A stretch of 32,000 nt of DNA from Candidatus Heimdallarchaeota archaeon (GTDB lineage: Archaea > Asgardarchaeota > Heimdallarchaeia > Heimdallarchaeales > Kariarchaeaceae), in contig JASBSB010000006.1 in the NCBI GenBank assembly GCA_030149205.1, positions 1-32,000 of the forward strand, written 5' to 3'. Each line of letters opens with the position of its first letter. The first letter of the stretch is position 1. This document shows positions 1-9,497 of this stretch, one piece after another. Made by a program: the position numbers and the translations under genes. The notes beneath the pieces were generated by a model, which saw nothing but the letters and a program-made list of their open reading frames with translations, made no database searches and was not told the DNA's origin.

Positions 1-141
1 TCTGAAGCAGCGATCACGCCTCCTGCGGGATCATAAGGCTAAAAACAAGCGGAAGAGCCTGCTGTGCTCTGTGGTCTGGTACAACCACGGAATCCGAGCT
101 CAGGGGGTGATCCCAGTGTAAACGAATTTTGGGACAAGCTT
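1..141 (+). mobile_element. 3' end of an IS5-like DDE transposase and right end of the element (cut by window edge)
   Basis: Frame from nt 2 reads LKQRSRLLRDHKAKNKRKSLLCSVVWYNHGIRAQGVIPV* (stop 119-121). By hand alignment it is 95/117 nt identical to the reverse complement of 2751-2867. Putative terminal motif ttgggacaagctt at 129-141. GC-rich relative to downstream DNA. Confidence 0.8.
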
Positions 142-253
142 CATATTGTATTTGATCCAAAATCAGAATTTACAACTTACAATTTTAATACAAATAATGA
201 ATTTTGTAGAGATTTATAAAGAAATTTAAAACATCAAATACATTTAATCGGAT

Positions 254-1402
254 GTGAACAAAATAGTAATGTTACTATTCGGTTACATGCCTAATGATAT
301 AAGAGTTAAAAAAATGGCTAGATCTATTTCATCTCTCAATTACTCTGTAGACATAATTTCACATCGCTCCAGTACAACTAAATTAGGCGAAACGATAAAA
401 ATTATTTGTCAATATAAAAGCACATCCATTCAAACGGGTTCTGAGTTGAAAATCAGTTCTCTTCTATCATTCTGGATATTTTCTATTAGCTTTATGTTTA
501 AAACATACAAAAAAAATAATCCAGATTTCATCTATGCAAATGATTTTACAACCTTGATTCCAGCTATAACAATCAAATTGATTTGGTGGAGGACTAAAAT
601 CATTTATGATTCACATGAATTAGCTCCAGAATTAAGTAATGAATACTTTGGTTTAGTTTTTGAAATTCTCACCTTTATATTAGAAGTAACATCAATCCCA
701 TTTTTACACCACATAATCTCATCTTCTCCTTACTATAGTCTGCTAATGCATAAACGATACAGTAAGAAAATCACTACAATAGTTAATCTTCCCTCTTTAA
801 CAGACATAAGAAACTCAACATCAATCAGAGGAGAAGAAATTTTAAGTAAATATATTGATAATTTCTCAAGATTTACATTATTTATCTATGCAGGCCATAT
901 TACAATTAACAGAGGTTACGAAAGACTTATTTCTGTTTGGAATAAAATAAGTGAGGATGATAATCAAAAAATTCTCTTACTCGCTGGAGATGGACCAAAA
1001 AAGAAGGAAGTTTTGGATTTAGCTGGTAAGAATAAATCCATTATATATTTGGGTTATTTAGACACTGTTGATTATTATAGCCTTCTGCGCGTTATTAATT
1101 ATGGTATATCTCTTTTAAACCCAAATAAAGGATTAAATAATTATTATGGTTTTCCCAACAAAATACCAGAATACCTCGTGTTTAATAAAAAAGTTGTTGC
1201 TACAAAAATGATAAATTTCAAAAATGAAATTAGAGAAAAAAAAATTATTGGGGTTGAATATGAATCAGAGGAAGACCTTTATAATAAAATCTTGACATTA
1301 GAGTCAAAAGCAGACTATAATAACTCAGAAGTAGATTTAAAATATGTTTGGGAAAGTCAAATGAATATATTATCCTCCGTCTTTAAGAAGAAACAATTAT
1401 AA
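254..1402 (+). CDS. Glycosyltransferase family 4 (GT-B fold)
   Basis: 382 aa, GTG start. Motifs IIYDSHE, FIYAGHI, LLLAGDGP, YLGYL, PNKIPEY; lies in a glycan cluster. Confidence 0.85.
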   Translation: MNKIVMLLFGYMPNDIRVKKMARSISSLNYSVDIISHRSSTTKLGETIKIICQYKSTSIQTGSELKISSLLSFWIFSISFMFKTYKKNNPDFIYANDFTTLIPAITIKLIWWRTKIIYDSHELAPELSNEYFGLVFEILTFILEVTSIPFLHHIISSSPYYSLLMHKRYSKKITTIVNLPSLTDIRNSTSIRGEEILSKYIDNFSRFTLFIYAGHITINRGYERLISVWNKISEDDNQKILLLAGDGPKKKEVLDLAGKNKSIIYLGYLDTVDYYSLLRVINYGISLLNPNKGLNNYYGFPNKIPEYLVFNKKVVATKMINFKNEIREKKIIGVEYESEEDLYNKILTLESKADYNNSEVDLKYVWESQMNILSSVFKKKQL

Positions 1403-1627
1403 GATAAATTAAACAAAATAATTTTCTGATGAGTTTTATTTAATATATTTGAATACACTTCTTTAAATTTTGTTTGAAATCGCGTTTTCAATTGTACCAT
1501 TAATTTTTTTTTGATCAATAATATCGTTTTAAAATATAAATATATCAAAATTTATGAGAATTATACACTTGCTCTTTCAACTTTATAAATATCGAATGTT
1601 TTATAATTATTCTTAAGATTTTAATAT

Positions 1628-2362
1628 GTGATAAAAAGTTATTTGATTATAATTAATATCGTAGTTTATGACAAAGAGGAATATTTATTAGAGGTATTAA
1701 CTAAAATTCCAAAATTTGTCGATAGAGTTAATATTATTTGGGATCAACCAGATTGTATTGAACTGGAAAAATTGAGACAATATTTCAAAAATAATAGTCG
1801 ATATTTTTTTAAAATCAAGTTGAAGAGAGATGGTATTGGTTCTGCAATACAGGATGGATTTAAACTTAGTCTAAAATTTGCCTTACAACAAAAAGCTGTT
1901 TTTATTGTTATGGCGGGTAATGGTAAAGACAATCCAATACAATCATATCGTTTAGCCAGCGAGCTGATTGATAAAGAATTATTTTATGTACAAGGTTCCA
2001 GATATTTGTTGGAGGGAGGAACAAAAACACTTCCAATAGAAAGAAAGGTTATTAATAAGACATTGTCATTTTTATGGTCAATGGTAATGAGAAAATATGT
2101 TTCTGAGGTTACAAATGGTTTCAGGGCATTCAATAAGATTATTTTTGAGAAAAATTTAGTTGACTGGAATAAACCACTGATATCTGGTTATGAATACGAG
2201 TATTATTTAAATTATAAATTAATTACAAAATATAGAGACAAGCATCTTGAAGTCCCTGTCCAAAAAATTTATCAAAATGGTCGCAAACAGTCTAAAATTA
2301 AGTTTAAAGATGGGTTACAAATACTAAAACCGTTGATTATGTGTCCATTGAATCTTTATTAA
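1628..2362 (+). CDS. Glycosyltransferase family 2 (DPM1/polyprenol-phosphate glycosyltransferase-like)
   Basis: 244 aa, GTG start. GIGSAIQDG, MAGNGKDNP (variant of the DxD region), VQGSRY, VTNGFRAF, EVPV are typical of DPM1-like GT2. Confidence 0.8.
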   Translation: MIKSYLIIINIVVYDKEEYLLEVLTKIPKFVDRVNIIWDQPDCIELEKLRQYFKNNSRYFFKIKLKRDGIGSAIQDGFKLSLKFALQQKAVFIVMAGNGKDNPIQSYRLASELIDKELFYVQGSRYLLEGGTKTLPIERKVINKTLSFLWSMVMRKYVSEVTNGFRAFNKIIFEKNLVDWNKPLISGYEYEYYLNYKLITKYRDKHLEVPVQKIYQNGRKQSKIKFKDGLQILKPLIMCPLNLY

Positions 2363-2725
2363 ACTTTCAAGAATTTTTTTAATATCCTTAATTAAAGAAT
2401 CAGATTTAAGCTTTATATTTTAAAAATTTTAGCCAAACCCCTATAAATTAACACTATACACTTTCCAAAGTAAATTAGATTTGGAATTACTAAGTTTTTG
2501 ATTCACAAGATTCCTTTTATTTTGTAAAAGGCTTATATTTAAGGGATAGAGAATATTTCTTTAAAAAATGTATTTTTGTTCTCAATAGTTCTTAAGTAGG
2601 TCATCTAGATACAAGAAGATATTTTTGAGTTCAAGTTAAATGAAACAAAATATATTTCTAAGAAGGTTGAGTAAGATATAAAGTTATCACAGAACAAGAT
2701 TAAACTAATAAGAAATAATTCAGAT

Positions 2726-3811
2726 AAACTTTTCCCAAGGTTAGAGATCGCACAGGGATCACCTCCTGAACTTTGGTTCTGAGGTTATACCAGACCACAG
2801 AGCACAGCAAGCTCTTCAGCTTGTTCTGACGCTTTTAATTCCGCAGGATGCGTGGACGTTGCTTCAGCAGACCAAACACTCGCTCAACCTCTGCCCGGAG
2901 GTAGAACCAACAGTTCTTCGCATAGATCCCACAATGCGGGCTTTGCAGACAATCCAGTCGATCCTTGGGGTGGAAGTTCGATGATCCCTGGAGTTTAATT
3001 TCCTGGGGATCACCACCTGAAGTGCCTCCTGAGCTAGCAAACGATGATGCTCTCGCCCCAGTAAGCCCTGTCAGCATGAACACGTCTCAGAGGAGATGGC
3101 AAGCGCCAATACTGCCTCTTCCAGAACCTACCAAAGGTAGTTACACCATGCTCGGCACTACTGGAGGTGTAGACACCGATGACAGCCCTGTTTGGCAGCC
3201 CCACTGGCAGGGGGAGCTTGGCAAAGAGGGGGCGCTCTTGGTGAGGATCTGTCTCTCCCCCCCCCTTGAGGAGCCTCCAGAAGCTCCCCTCTGTCAGCTC
3301 AAAGCCTGAGCTGTCTATTGCCACATCTGTGGTATTTTTAGAGAAGGCAAAGCCCAGCTGCTTGATCAGGCTCTTCAGATTCGCCTGCGAGACCCCCTCC
3401 CACCTCCCTGTGAAAGGTGAACTTACGGGTGATGTGTCTCAAAGACCCCGCTTCGATCAAGAAATCACAGAGCCTAAGCTTGGAGGGAAGATCCCTCCAA
3501 CCTATCTGTTCCTGCAAAGAGACAGATGGCGACCAGCACCCATCTGAGCCCCACTCGAGCCCTGCCTAGTTTTAAGACTCTTTTTGTGTCTGGGAACCTG
3601 GGGCGAATGAAATCTTGATTTAAGATGAAAAATTTGGACAGTACATGGAGGTCAATGATTTGTGTTTGACGCACTTGTCAGCTCTGACCCCCTCCTATAT
3701 TTCTAGTTCTCTTCTAACCGAATCTCAAGCGAGGTTCGTGTTCTTCTGAAAATCTTTCATCCATTGAGCCTGAGGGCTCAATGCTTGTCCCAGGGGTTTT
3801 GGAACGAGCTT
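2726..3811 (-). mobile_element. Decayed IS5-like insertion sequence (frameshifted transposase pseudogene), about 1.09 kb
   Basis: Minus-strand fragments in different frames carry AIDSSGF (first D), FAKL, VHADRAYW (second D), VVIPRKLN and RAEVERVFGLLK (E motif); premature TAA after RILRN. AGGAGG lies upstream of the GTG at 3674. Imperfect terminal motifs aaacttttcccaa (2726-2738) and ttggaacgagctt (3799-3811). About 50% GC by spot count in AT-rich surroundings. No target-site duplication found. Confidence 0.8.
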
Positions 3812-3853
3812 AATTTGTGTTTAAGCGGGTTTTTTAGGGATTACAATTCAAAA

Positions 3854-4777
3854 TTAATTTTTTAATTCTGAAATAGTGTCAAGTATTACTGATACAGTAT
3901 TAGTTCCAATTGATGCATTATTTATTATTGGATGGGAACCATTGAAAGAGCTGATAAAATGCTCCAATTCTGATTTGATGGTATTATTCACTTCCACTTT
4001 CAACGGTGTACCTTCTCCGTTTTCATAAATCATAATTTCTTGATCTACAGCATCAATTATAGCTGATCGTTTTGTTCCTGCAATTTCTAACCTTCGAATC
4101 TTAGGAGGGTGCAACCAACCGATTTCTATGTTAACCAGAGCTTTCCCAAGTTTACCGATAATAAAAGCATATTCCTCCTGAGTCTCCCTTGTAAAACTAT
4201 CTGCTACTGCTTTAAGGTTACTTGGCCACTTACTTGTAATGAAATTTATGATGTCGAAAATGTGAGGAAGTAAATCAAACATCACATCTCTTTGAGGAGA
4301 GACTAACATGAAGTTAGTCCATCTAAATTTGACCAAAATGAGGTTCCCAAAAAAATTTTCCTCATACAGGTGTTTAATTTTCTTTATTGAATTATTAAAA
4401 CGATAGATATGACCAACAGATAAAGTCCTTTTGTTTAGATCTGCCAATTGAGATAATTCATTACCCTCCTTGACGGTCATACAAAGAGGTTTTTCTATAA
4501 AAGTGTGTTTTCCTGCTAATAGGGCGTCTTTACCAATTTGAAAGTGAGTTTCATTTGGAGTTGCAATAATCACCCCATCAATTTCGTCCAATCCTATTAA
4601 CTCAGTGTAATTCTTAAATAACAGAACATCCGAAAAATTTCCTTTGACCCATTCTAAATTTTGATCCAAAGCATCAGAAACAGCATAAAGTGTGGCATTA
4701 TCTAACTGAGCCAGCTCACTGATATGTTTTTTTCCCCAATATCCAGCCCCTATTACACCAATATTAAATTTTTTCAT
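3854..4777 (-). CDS. Gfo/Idh/MocA family NAD-dependent oxidoreductase (WbpB/WlbA/GnnA-like sugar-nucleotide C3 dehydrogenase)
   Basis: GVIGAGYWG Rossmann motif, IATPNETH, EKPLC, VGHIYRFN, DLLPH; 2 nt downstream of a DegT aminotransferase. Confidence 0.9.
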   Translation of the reverse strand: MKKFNIGVIGAGYWGKKHISELAQLDNATLYAVSDALDQNLEWVKGNFSDVLLFKNYTELIGLDEIDGVIIATPNETHFQIGKDALLAGKHTFIEKPLCMTVKEGNELSQLADLNKRTLSVGHIYRFNNSIKKIKHLYEENFFGNLILVKFRWTNFMLVSPQRDVMFDLLPHIFDIINFITSKWPSNLKAVADSFTRETQEEYAFIIGKLGKALVNIEIGWLHPPKIRRLEIAGTKRSAIIDAVDQEIMIYENGEGTPLKVEVNNTIKSELEHFISSFNGSHPIINNASIGTNTVSVILDTISELKN

Positions 4778-4779
4778 AT

Positions 4780-5874
4780 TTATGCCTCGAAGAAATTTGT
4801 TATCGAATCAATAACCCTATTAACATCAGAACTCGTCAGTAATGGGTGCATGGGGAGACTTAAATTTGTAGCCGCCCATTCTTCGCTTATTGGAAATAAT
4901 CCATCTTTATATCCAAACAATTTCTTGTATAATGGCTGTAGGTGAACTGGTAATGGATAGTGAATACCGGTTTGTATTCCTTCTACGGATAATTTTTTTG
5001 CAAGTTGATCGCGATTTTTTGTTCTTATAGAATAGATATGGTAGACAGGGTCTGATTCTTTTGCCCATTCTGTCAACTCAAGATCATTTACATCTTTAAA
5101 TTTAGAGTTATATGTTTGAGCAATTTCATTTCTCCTAGAATTCCAAGCTTTAAGGTTCTTTAGTTGTATTCTACCAATTGCAGCACTTATTGTATTTAGA
5201 CGAGCGGTATATCCCTTCATTGTATGTACGTACTTCGAAGTCCTGCCACAATCTCGCATTTGTGAAATTTTTTTCGCTAGTTTATCATTATTTGTCGTTA
5301 CCATTCCTCCGTCTCCACCTACTGTCATATTTTTAGTTGAATAAAAAGAGAAAGCAGCTGCATCTCCAAAAGAACCTGCATTTTGTCCCTTGTAAGTTGC
5401 GCCATGTGCTTGACAAGCATCTTCAATGAGATACAGATTATTTTTTTCAGAAAATTCTTGAATTTCATCCATATGATCAACACCACCATAAAGGTGGACT
5501 GGTAAAATTGCATTAGTTTTATCTGTTAATACTTTAATAAGCTTTTTAGGATCTAGATATGAGTTTTTTCTTTTGATATCAGAAAAAATTGGCTTTGCAC
5601 CTGCATTCAGAATAGAATTAGCCGAAGCAATAAAAGTTGCTGGAGTAGTAATCACCTCTTTTGTAACTTCTAATCCCTCCCAGATCAATGACAATGCATT
5701 AGTACCTGAAGAAGTTGATATTGCATGATCAACACCAACAAATTTTGCGAATTCCTCCTCAAATCTATAAACCGATTCCCCCATTACCAACATTTCCTCA
5801 GATAAAACCCTAACAGCCTCATCCTCCATCTCATCAGTGATAATTGGCATCATCAAATTAATTTTCTCAGACAT
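4780..5874 (-). CDS. DegT/DnrJ/EryC1/StrS PLP-dependent sugar aminotransferase (WbpE/WlbC/GnnB-like)
   Basis: SSGTNAL, TFIASAN, PVHLYG, IEDACQAHGA, FSFYSTKNM (PLP lysine), GGDGG, IHYPLPVHLQP. Confidence 0.93.
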   Translation of the reverse strand: MSEKINLMMPIITDEMEDEAVRVLSEEMLVMGESVYRFEEEFAKFVGVDHAISTSSGTNALSLIWEGLEVTKEVITTPATFIASANSILNAGAKPIFSDIKRKNSYLDPKKLIKVLTDKTNAILPVHLYGGVDHMDEIQEFSEKNNLYLIEDACQAHGATYKGQNAGSFGDAAAFSFYSTKNMTVGGDGGMVTTNNDKLAKKISQMRDCGRTSKYVHTMKGYTARLNTISAAIGRIQLKNLKAWNSRRNEIAQTYNSKFKDVNDLELTEWAKESDPVYHIYSIRTKNRDQLAKKLSVEGIQTGIHYPLPVHLQPLYKKLFGYKDGLFPISEEWAATNLSLPMHPLLTSSDVNRVIDSITNFFEA

Positions 5875-6027
5875 TATATTTGATTGTTAAAATAATGATA
5901 ATTAAATGTTATATTAAGTCTTCAGAAAGACAATTGCTTGATAAGTATTCTTTGTGTTTTATTATAATTTATTGCAAATTTAACAGCCTACACAAAATAT
6001 TTAAGAAATTTTTAAGTTTTTTTTACT

Positions 6028-7034
6028 ATGTGGAGGTTGAAATCGCTCTCTAAGGGCTCATGCCTTAACTTAAGAGTTAGAAAAATGACTTCAACACTCC
6101 ACAATTTAAATGTTGATGAAAGTTTAATAACCCATAGATCATTCGTCAAATATATTAATAAAGACAATATCCCAATTATATCACAATACAAGGTATATTC
6201 AACTTCTTCTTGATCATATATAGATGAATGTTCTTTGTTTAAATACTGGTTTTTTTTGTGTATTCAACTTACAATAAGTTTGAAAATCTAATCGACCATC
6301 GATATTCTATTGTAATGATTTTACAACCTTAACACCTGCAATTCTCTTCAAGTTAATTTACTAGAGAACATAATTTATATACAATGTTCATGAATTCGTT
6401 CCTGATTTAAGGAAGGAATATTTTAATATGGGATTCATGATTCTCTTTTTTATAATTGAAAAAATTAAGAGCTATTTTTTATTTCAATAATTTCAGTTTC
6501 TCCTTTTCTAGTCAAAATACTACAAAAGTGTTATGAAAAGCCATAACCACTATTCCAAATTTTCCTTCTGAAAGAGAGTAAATTAACAGCACAGACATAA
6601 AAGGAATTTAATTGTTATCTGAATTTAAAAGAGATCCAAATAATATTTTATATACTTATGCAAGTCATAAGGCGATTAATAGAGGATAGGAAGAACTCAT
6701 ATATGCCTGGAGACGATTTTCACAAAATGAGAAGGGGTGAAAAATTTTAGTTCTAGTGAGTGATGTTCGAATAAAATCAAAAATATTAGAATTATTTAAA
6801 GGTGATCTAACTATCAAATATGTGGGATATCTTGAATCAGAAAGTTACTTTAGTTTACTAAGAGTAATTGATTGCAGATTCTCTTTAATTGACCCAAAAC
6901 AGGGGTTAAATAATTTCTTTGGAATTCCAAATAAACTAACAGAATATTTAACCTTTAGCAGATGGATAATTTCAACAGTCTTAATAGATTTTATAAATGA
7001 AATTAAAAGTGGATGTAATTTCGATAAGTTTTGA
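6028..7034 (+). pseudogene. Degraded GT4 glycosyltransferase, paralog of 254-1402
   Basis: Fragments colinear with the 254-1402 protein: NLRVRKMTSTLHNLNVDESLITHRS vs DIRVKKMARSISSLNYSVDIISHRS; IYNVHEFVPDLRKEYF vs IYDSHELAPELSNEYF; ITTIPNFPS vs ITTIVNLPS; YTYASHKAINRG*EEL vs FIYAGHITINRGYERL; YVGYLESESYFSLLRVI..GLNNFFGIPNKLTEY vs YLGYLDTVDYYSLLRVI..GLNNYYGFPNKIPEY. Stops and frameshifts between them. Confidence 0.85.
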
Positions 7035-8564
7035 ACCATTGTAATAGAAGGAACACCCGCATAAAAAATTTATAGTTTTTCTTATCAATGGACTTTTTCC
7101 GGATAATAGCTAACGTGTCAGGAGTTATAACATTAGAACATAAATATTGCTCTAACTCCAATGTTTTTCATCTAGCTCTTTCAACAATTTAAAGTCTGGT
7201 GAGGCGAAACCTATCTTATCTTTTCTTTGCTTAACTAGTTCGGGTAGATATTCATTTAATGCATCTCTAAGAATACGTTTTGTGGTTCCTTTCTTATATT
7301 TATATTCATCTGGTAATGAAAGCAGATAGACAACAAGTCTAAAGTCTAAAAAAGGAACTCTGGTTTCAATACCAAAAGTCATTGAATTTTTGTTCTCTCA
7401 ACGTAATAATTTTTCAAGTTTGTAATCTACGTTCACTATTAAAGCTGTCGTTAATGATTTCGATTTGTACATTGGAGAAAGATAAAAATTATCTTGTGAG
7501 ATGATGTTATTAAGTCTATTACTTAAATATTTTTTATTCCTGTATAAAATTTTCTTCCTTAAAAAATTGGGAGAAAAATGATAGGATAAGAGCTGTAAAC
7601 CCTCAACATTTTTTCGCTTAATTACGGTTAGCAATTCCTCAAAAAATGATTTTAAATTCAAACTCCTAAGTTGTTGATTTAAATAGTAACCGGTCATATA
7701 ATCATACCCAACAAGTAATTCATCCGCACCTTGACCATCCAATAATACCTTTAATTCATTTTCATGTGCTAATTTCATTACCAAATATTGTGTAAGTTGT
7801 GAAAATGAAATTACTGTTTCCTCCTGGTGATTTATGAAGTTATCTAAATTTTCATTCAATAATTCCATGGTCGGGTAAATAAAGGGTGAGTGAGAATTAG
7901 CCGATCTTTTAACTTCATCTAAATATCTCTTTTCATCTAATTTGAACCATTCACAATAGACTGCTGAGAAAGTTCTCATTTTCAAACTCTGTTTTTCTAA
8001 GATTTTTGAAGCTACAGTAACTATCGAAGAGGAATCTACCCCTCCGCTTAAACAAGAACCAACTAAAACATCACTTCGTAGTCTAATCTCTACACTCGAT
8101 TCGAATAAAGATCTAATTCGATCAATATGCTCATTATATGATCTCCTCTGAAAATTTAAATCGGTTTTAAGTTTTGAAACCTCTTCAGTAAGGTTAAAAA
8201 ATTTTATTTCTTAGATATCTTTCCATGAATAATTTGATTTTAGCTCTATTTTAACATAATGTGAATGTTTTAATTTTTTAATTCCTTCATTAAAAGTGTC
8301 GGGAAGATGATCTAATCGACCTAATAAGAGAATATGAGCAATTGATTTATGATTTAATTTTTGGTTTGGATCTAAACTCAAAATAGGTTTTATTTCTGAA
8401 GAGAATATGATTTTACCATTGATAACACAATAATACAATGGTTTAATACCAAATCTATCTCTTACAACAACTGAAACCTGCTGCTTTAGATCGATTAATA
8501 AAAAGGCAAACATTCCATTTAGTTCTTTAAACCAATCTTCACCAGACGTTTCATACAACCCCAT
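7003..8564 (-). pseudogene. asnB: AsnB-type (asparagine synthase-like) glutamine amidotransferase pseudogene, N-terminus missing
   Basis: ELNGMFAF and RDRFGIKPLYY (glutaminase part); VGSCLSGGVDSSSIV (PP-loop, outside the ORF track), LLDGQGADELLVGY, LLR*ENKNSMTFGIETRVPFLD. In-frame stops TAA at 8211-8213 and TGA at 7398-7400, then TAG at 7152-7154 and a frameshift near 7120. No N-terminal MCGI motif found. Confidence 0.85.
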
Positions 8565-8580
8565 CTTAAATAAATTTATT

Positions 8581-8757
8581 TTTTATTTCAAATTGATCCC
8601 TACGACTGAAGAGATTTCTACTGTGACTGTAGTTCGCTCGGGTTATATTGGATTAGCAAAAACCCTTGTGTTTGCTACCTTAGGGGTGAGGATGCATAGA
8701 TGTGACATAAGTGATACAAAGATAAGCTATTTAAAAATTAAAAATAGTCTAAAATGA
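8581..8757 (+). pseudogene. Possible remnant of a UDP-sugar 6-dehydrogenase (Ugd/WbpA family) N-terminus
   Basis: Frame reads ISTVTVVRSGYIGLAKTLVFATLGVRMHRCDISDTKISYLK*. This resembles the family pattern I-V-I-G-x-G-Y-V-G-L...FA-x-LG...D-I...K-I-x-x-L with the first Gly changed to Arg. A weak NP..LRE trace near 8985-9010 may continue it. Confidence 0.4.
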
Positions 8758-9497
8758 TAAAGAATTCCTTCAGTAATCAGAAGCTGATTCACTTATCATC
8801 TCTACCCGCAGCATGTCTCTTAGCAGAATCTCAGCTCATGAATAGGGTTGATTGACAAAAGAACCTACCAACTCTATGGATAGATTGATATGAATTATAA
8901 TAGATTGAGGCTGTTGATTCTCTTTAGAAATATTTGAAGGTTGATGAATTTTGGTGAAGTTGTAACAAACTGTCTTTTCCAAGCCAACAATCCCCCTTCG
9001 AGAAGATCCTTCACGCGATGGTTTTGAGATGGATTATTAGAGCCACAAAGCAGTTCTGAGCAGTAATAAATCTCCATATTGATCACCTGAAAGTAAAAAA
9101 CTGTTGTATTTGCTACTCATCCAAAAATCCAAACCAGCTCGATTAATTTCAAAAACGTTTTGTTGAGACCTAAAGAAATAGCAATAGAAGTAGCTCCGAG
9201 CAGAGATTAAAAGAGCTTAGATGTAATAATGCATCAGTACACTGTTTTGAGAGTCATTAGAAAAAAGAATAATTTAATGAGGATTAATATTATTTTATGC
9301 TAAATAATCAAATATAAGATCAATGACGGTTGAGTAAGCTATAAGCTAATTTGTAACCCAGTAATAAATTTGAATAAAAAGTTATAAATTAGATTGCTCG
9401 ATTTAAAAATAATAGAAAGTTAATATTACAAGTTAATCCTATTTTAAATATCATTTTACTATAGAATACTTATATTTGGATTTAATAATATATTGAT

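Noticed and set aside
2965-3547. Plus-strand Pro-rich ORFs 2965-3309 and 3266-3547
   Set aside because: Antisense shadows of the GC-rich transposase pseudogene; the DDE motifs are on the minus strand.
7152-8213. Stop-codon readthrough or alternative genetic code to explain the in-frame stops in asnB
   Set aside because: The stops are of three kinds (TAA, TGA, TAG), a frameshift and 5' truncation are also present, and intact genes in the window end normally at these codons.
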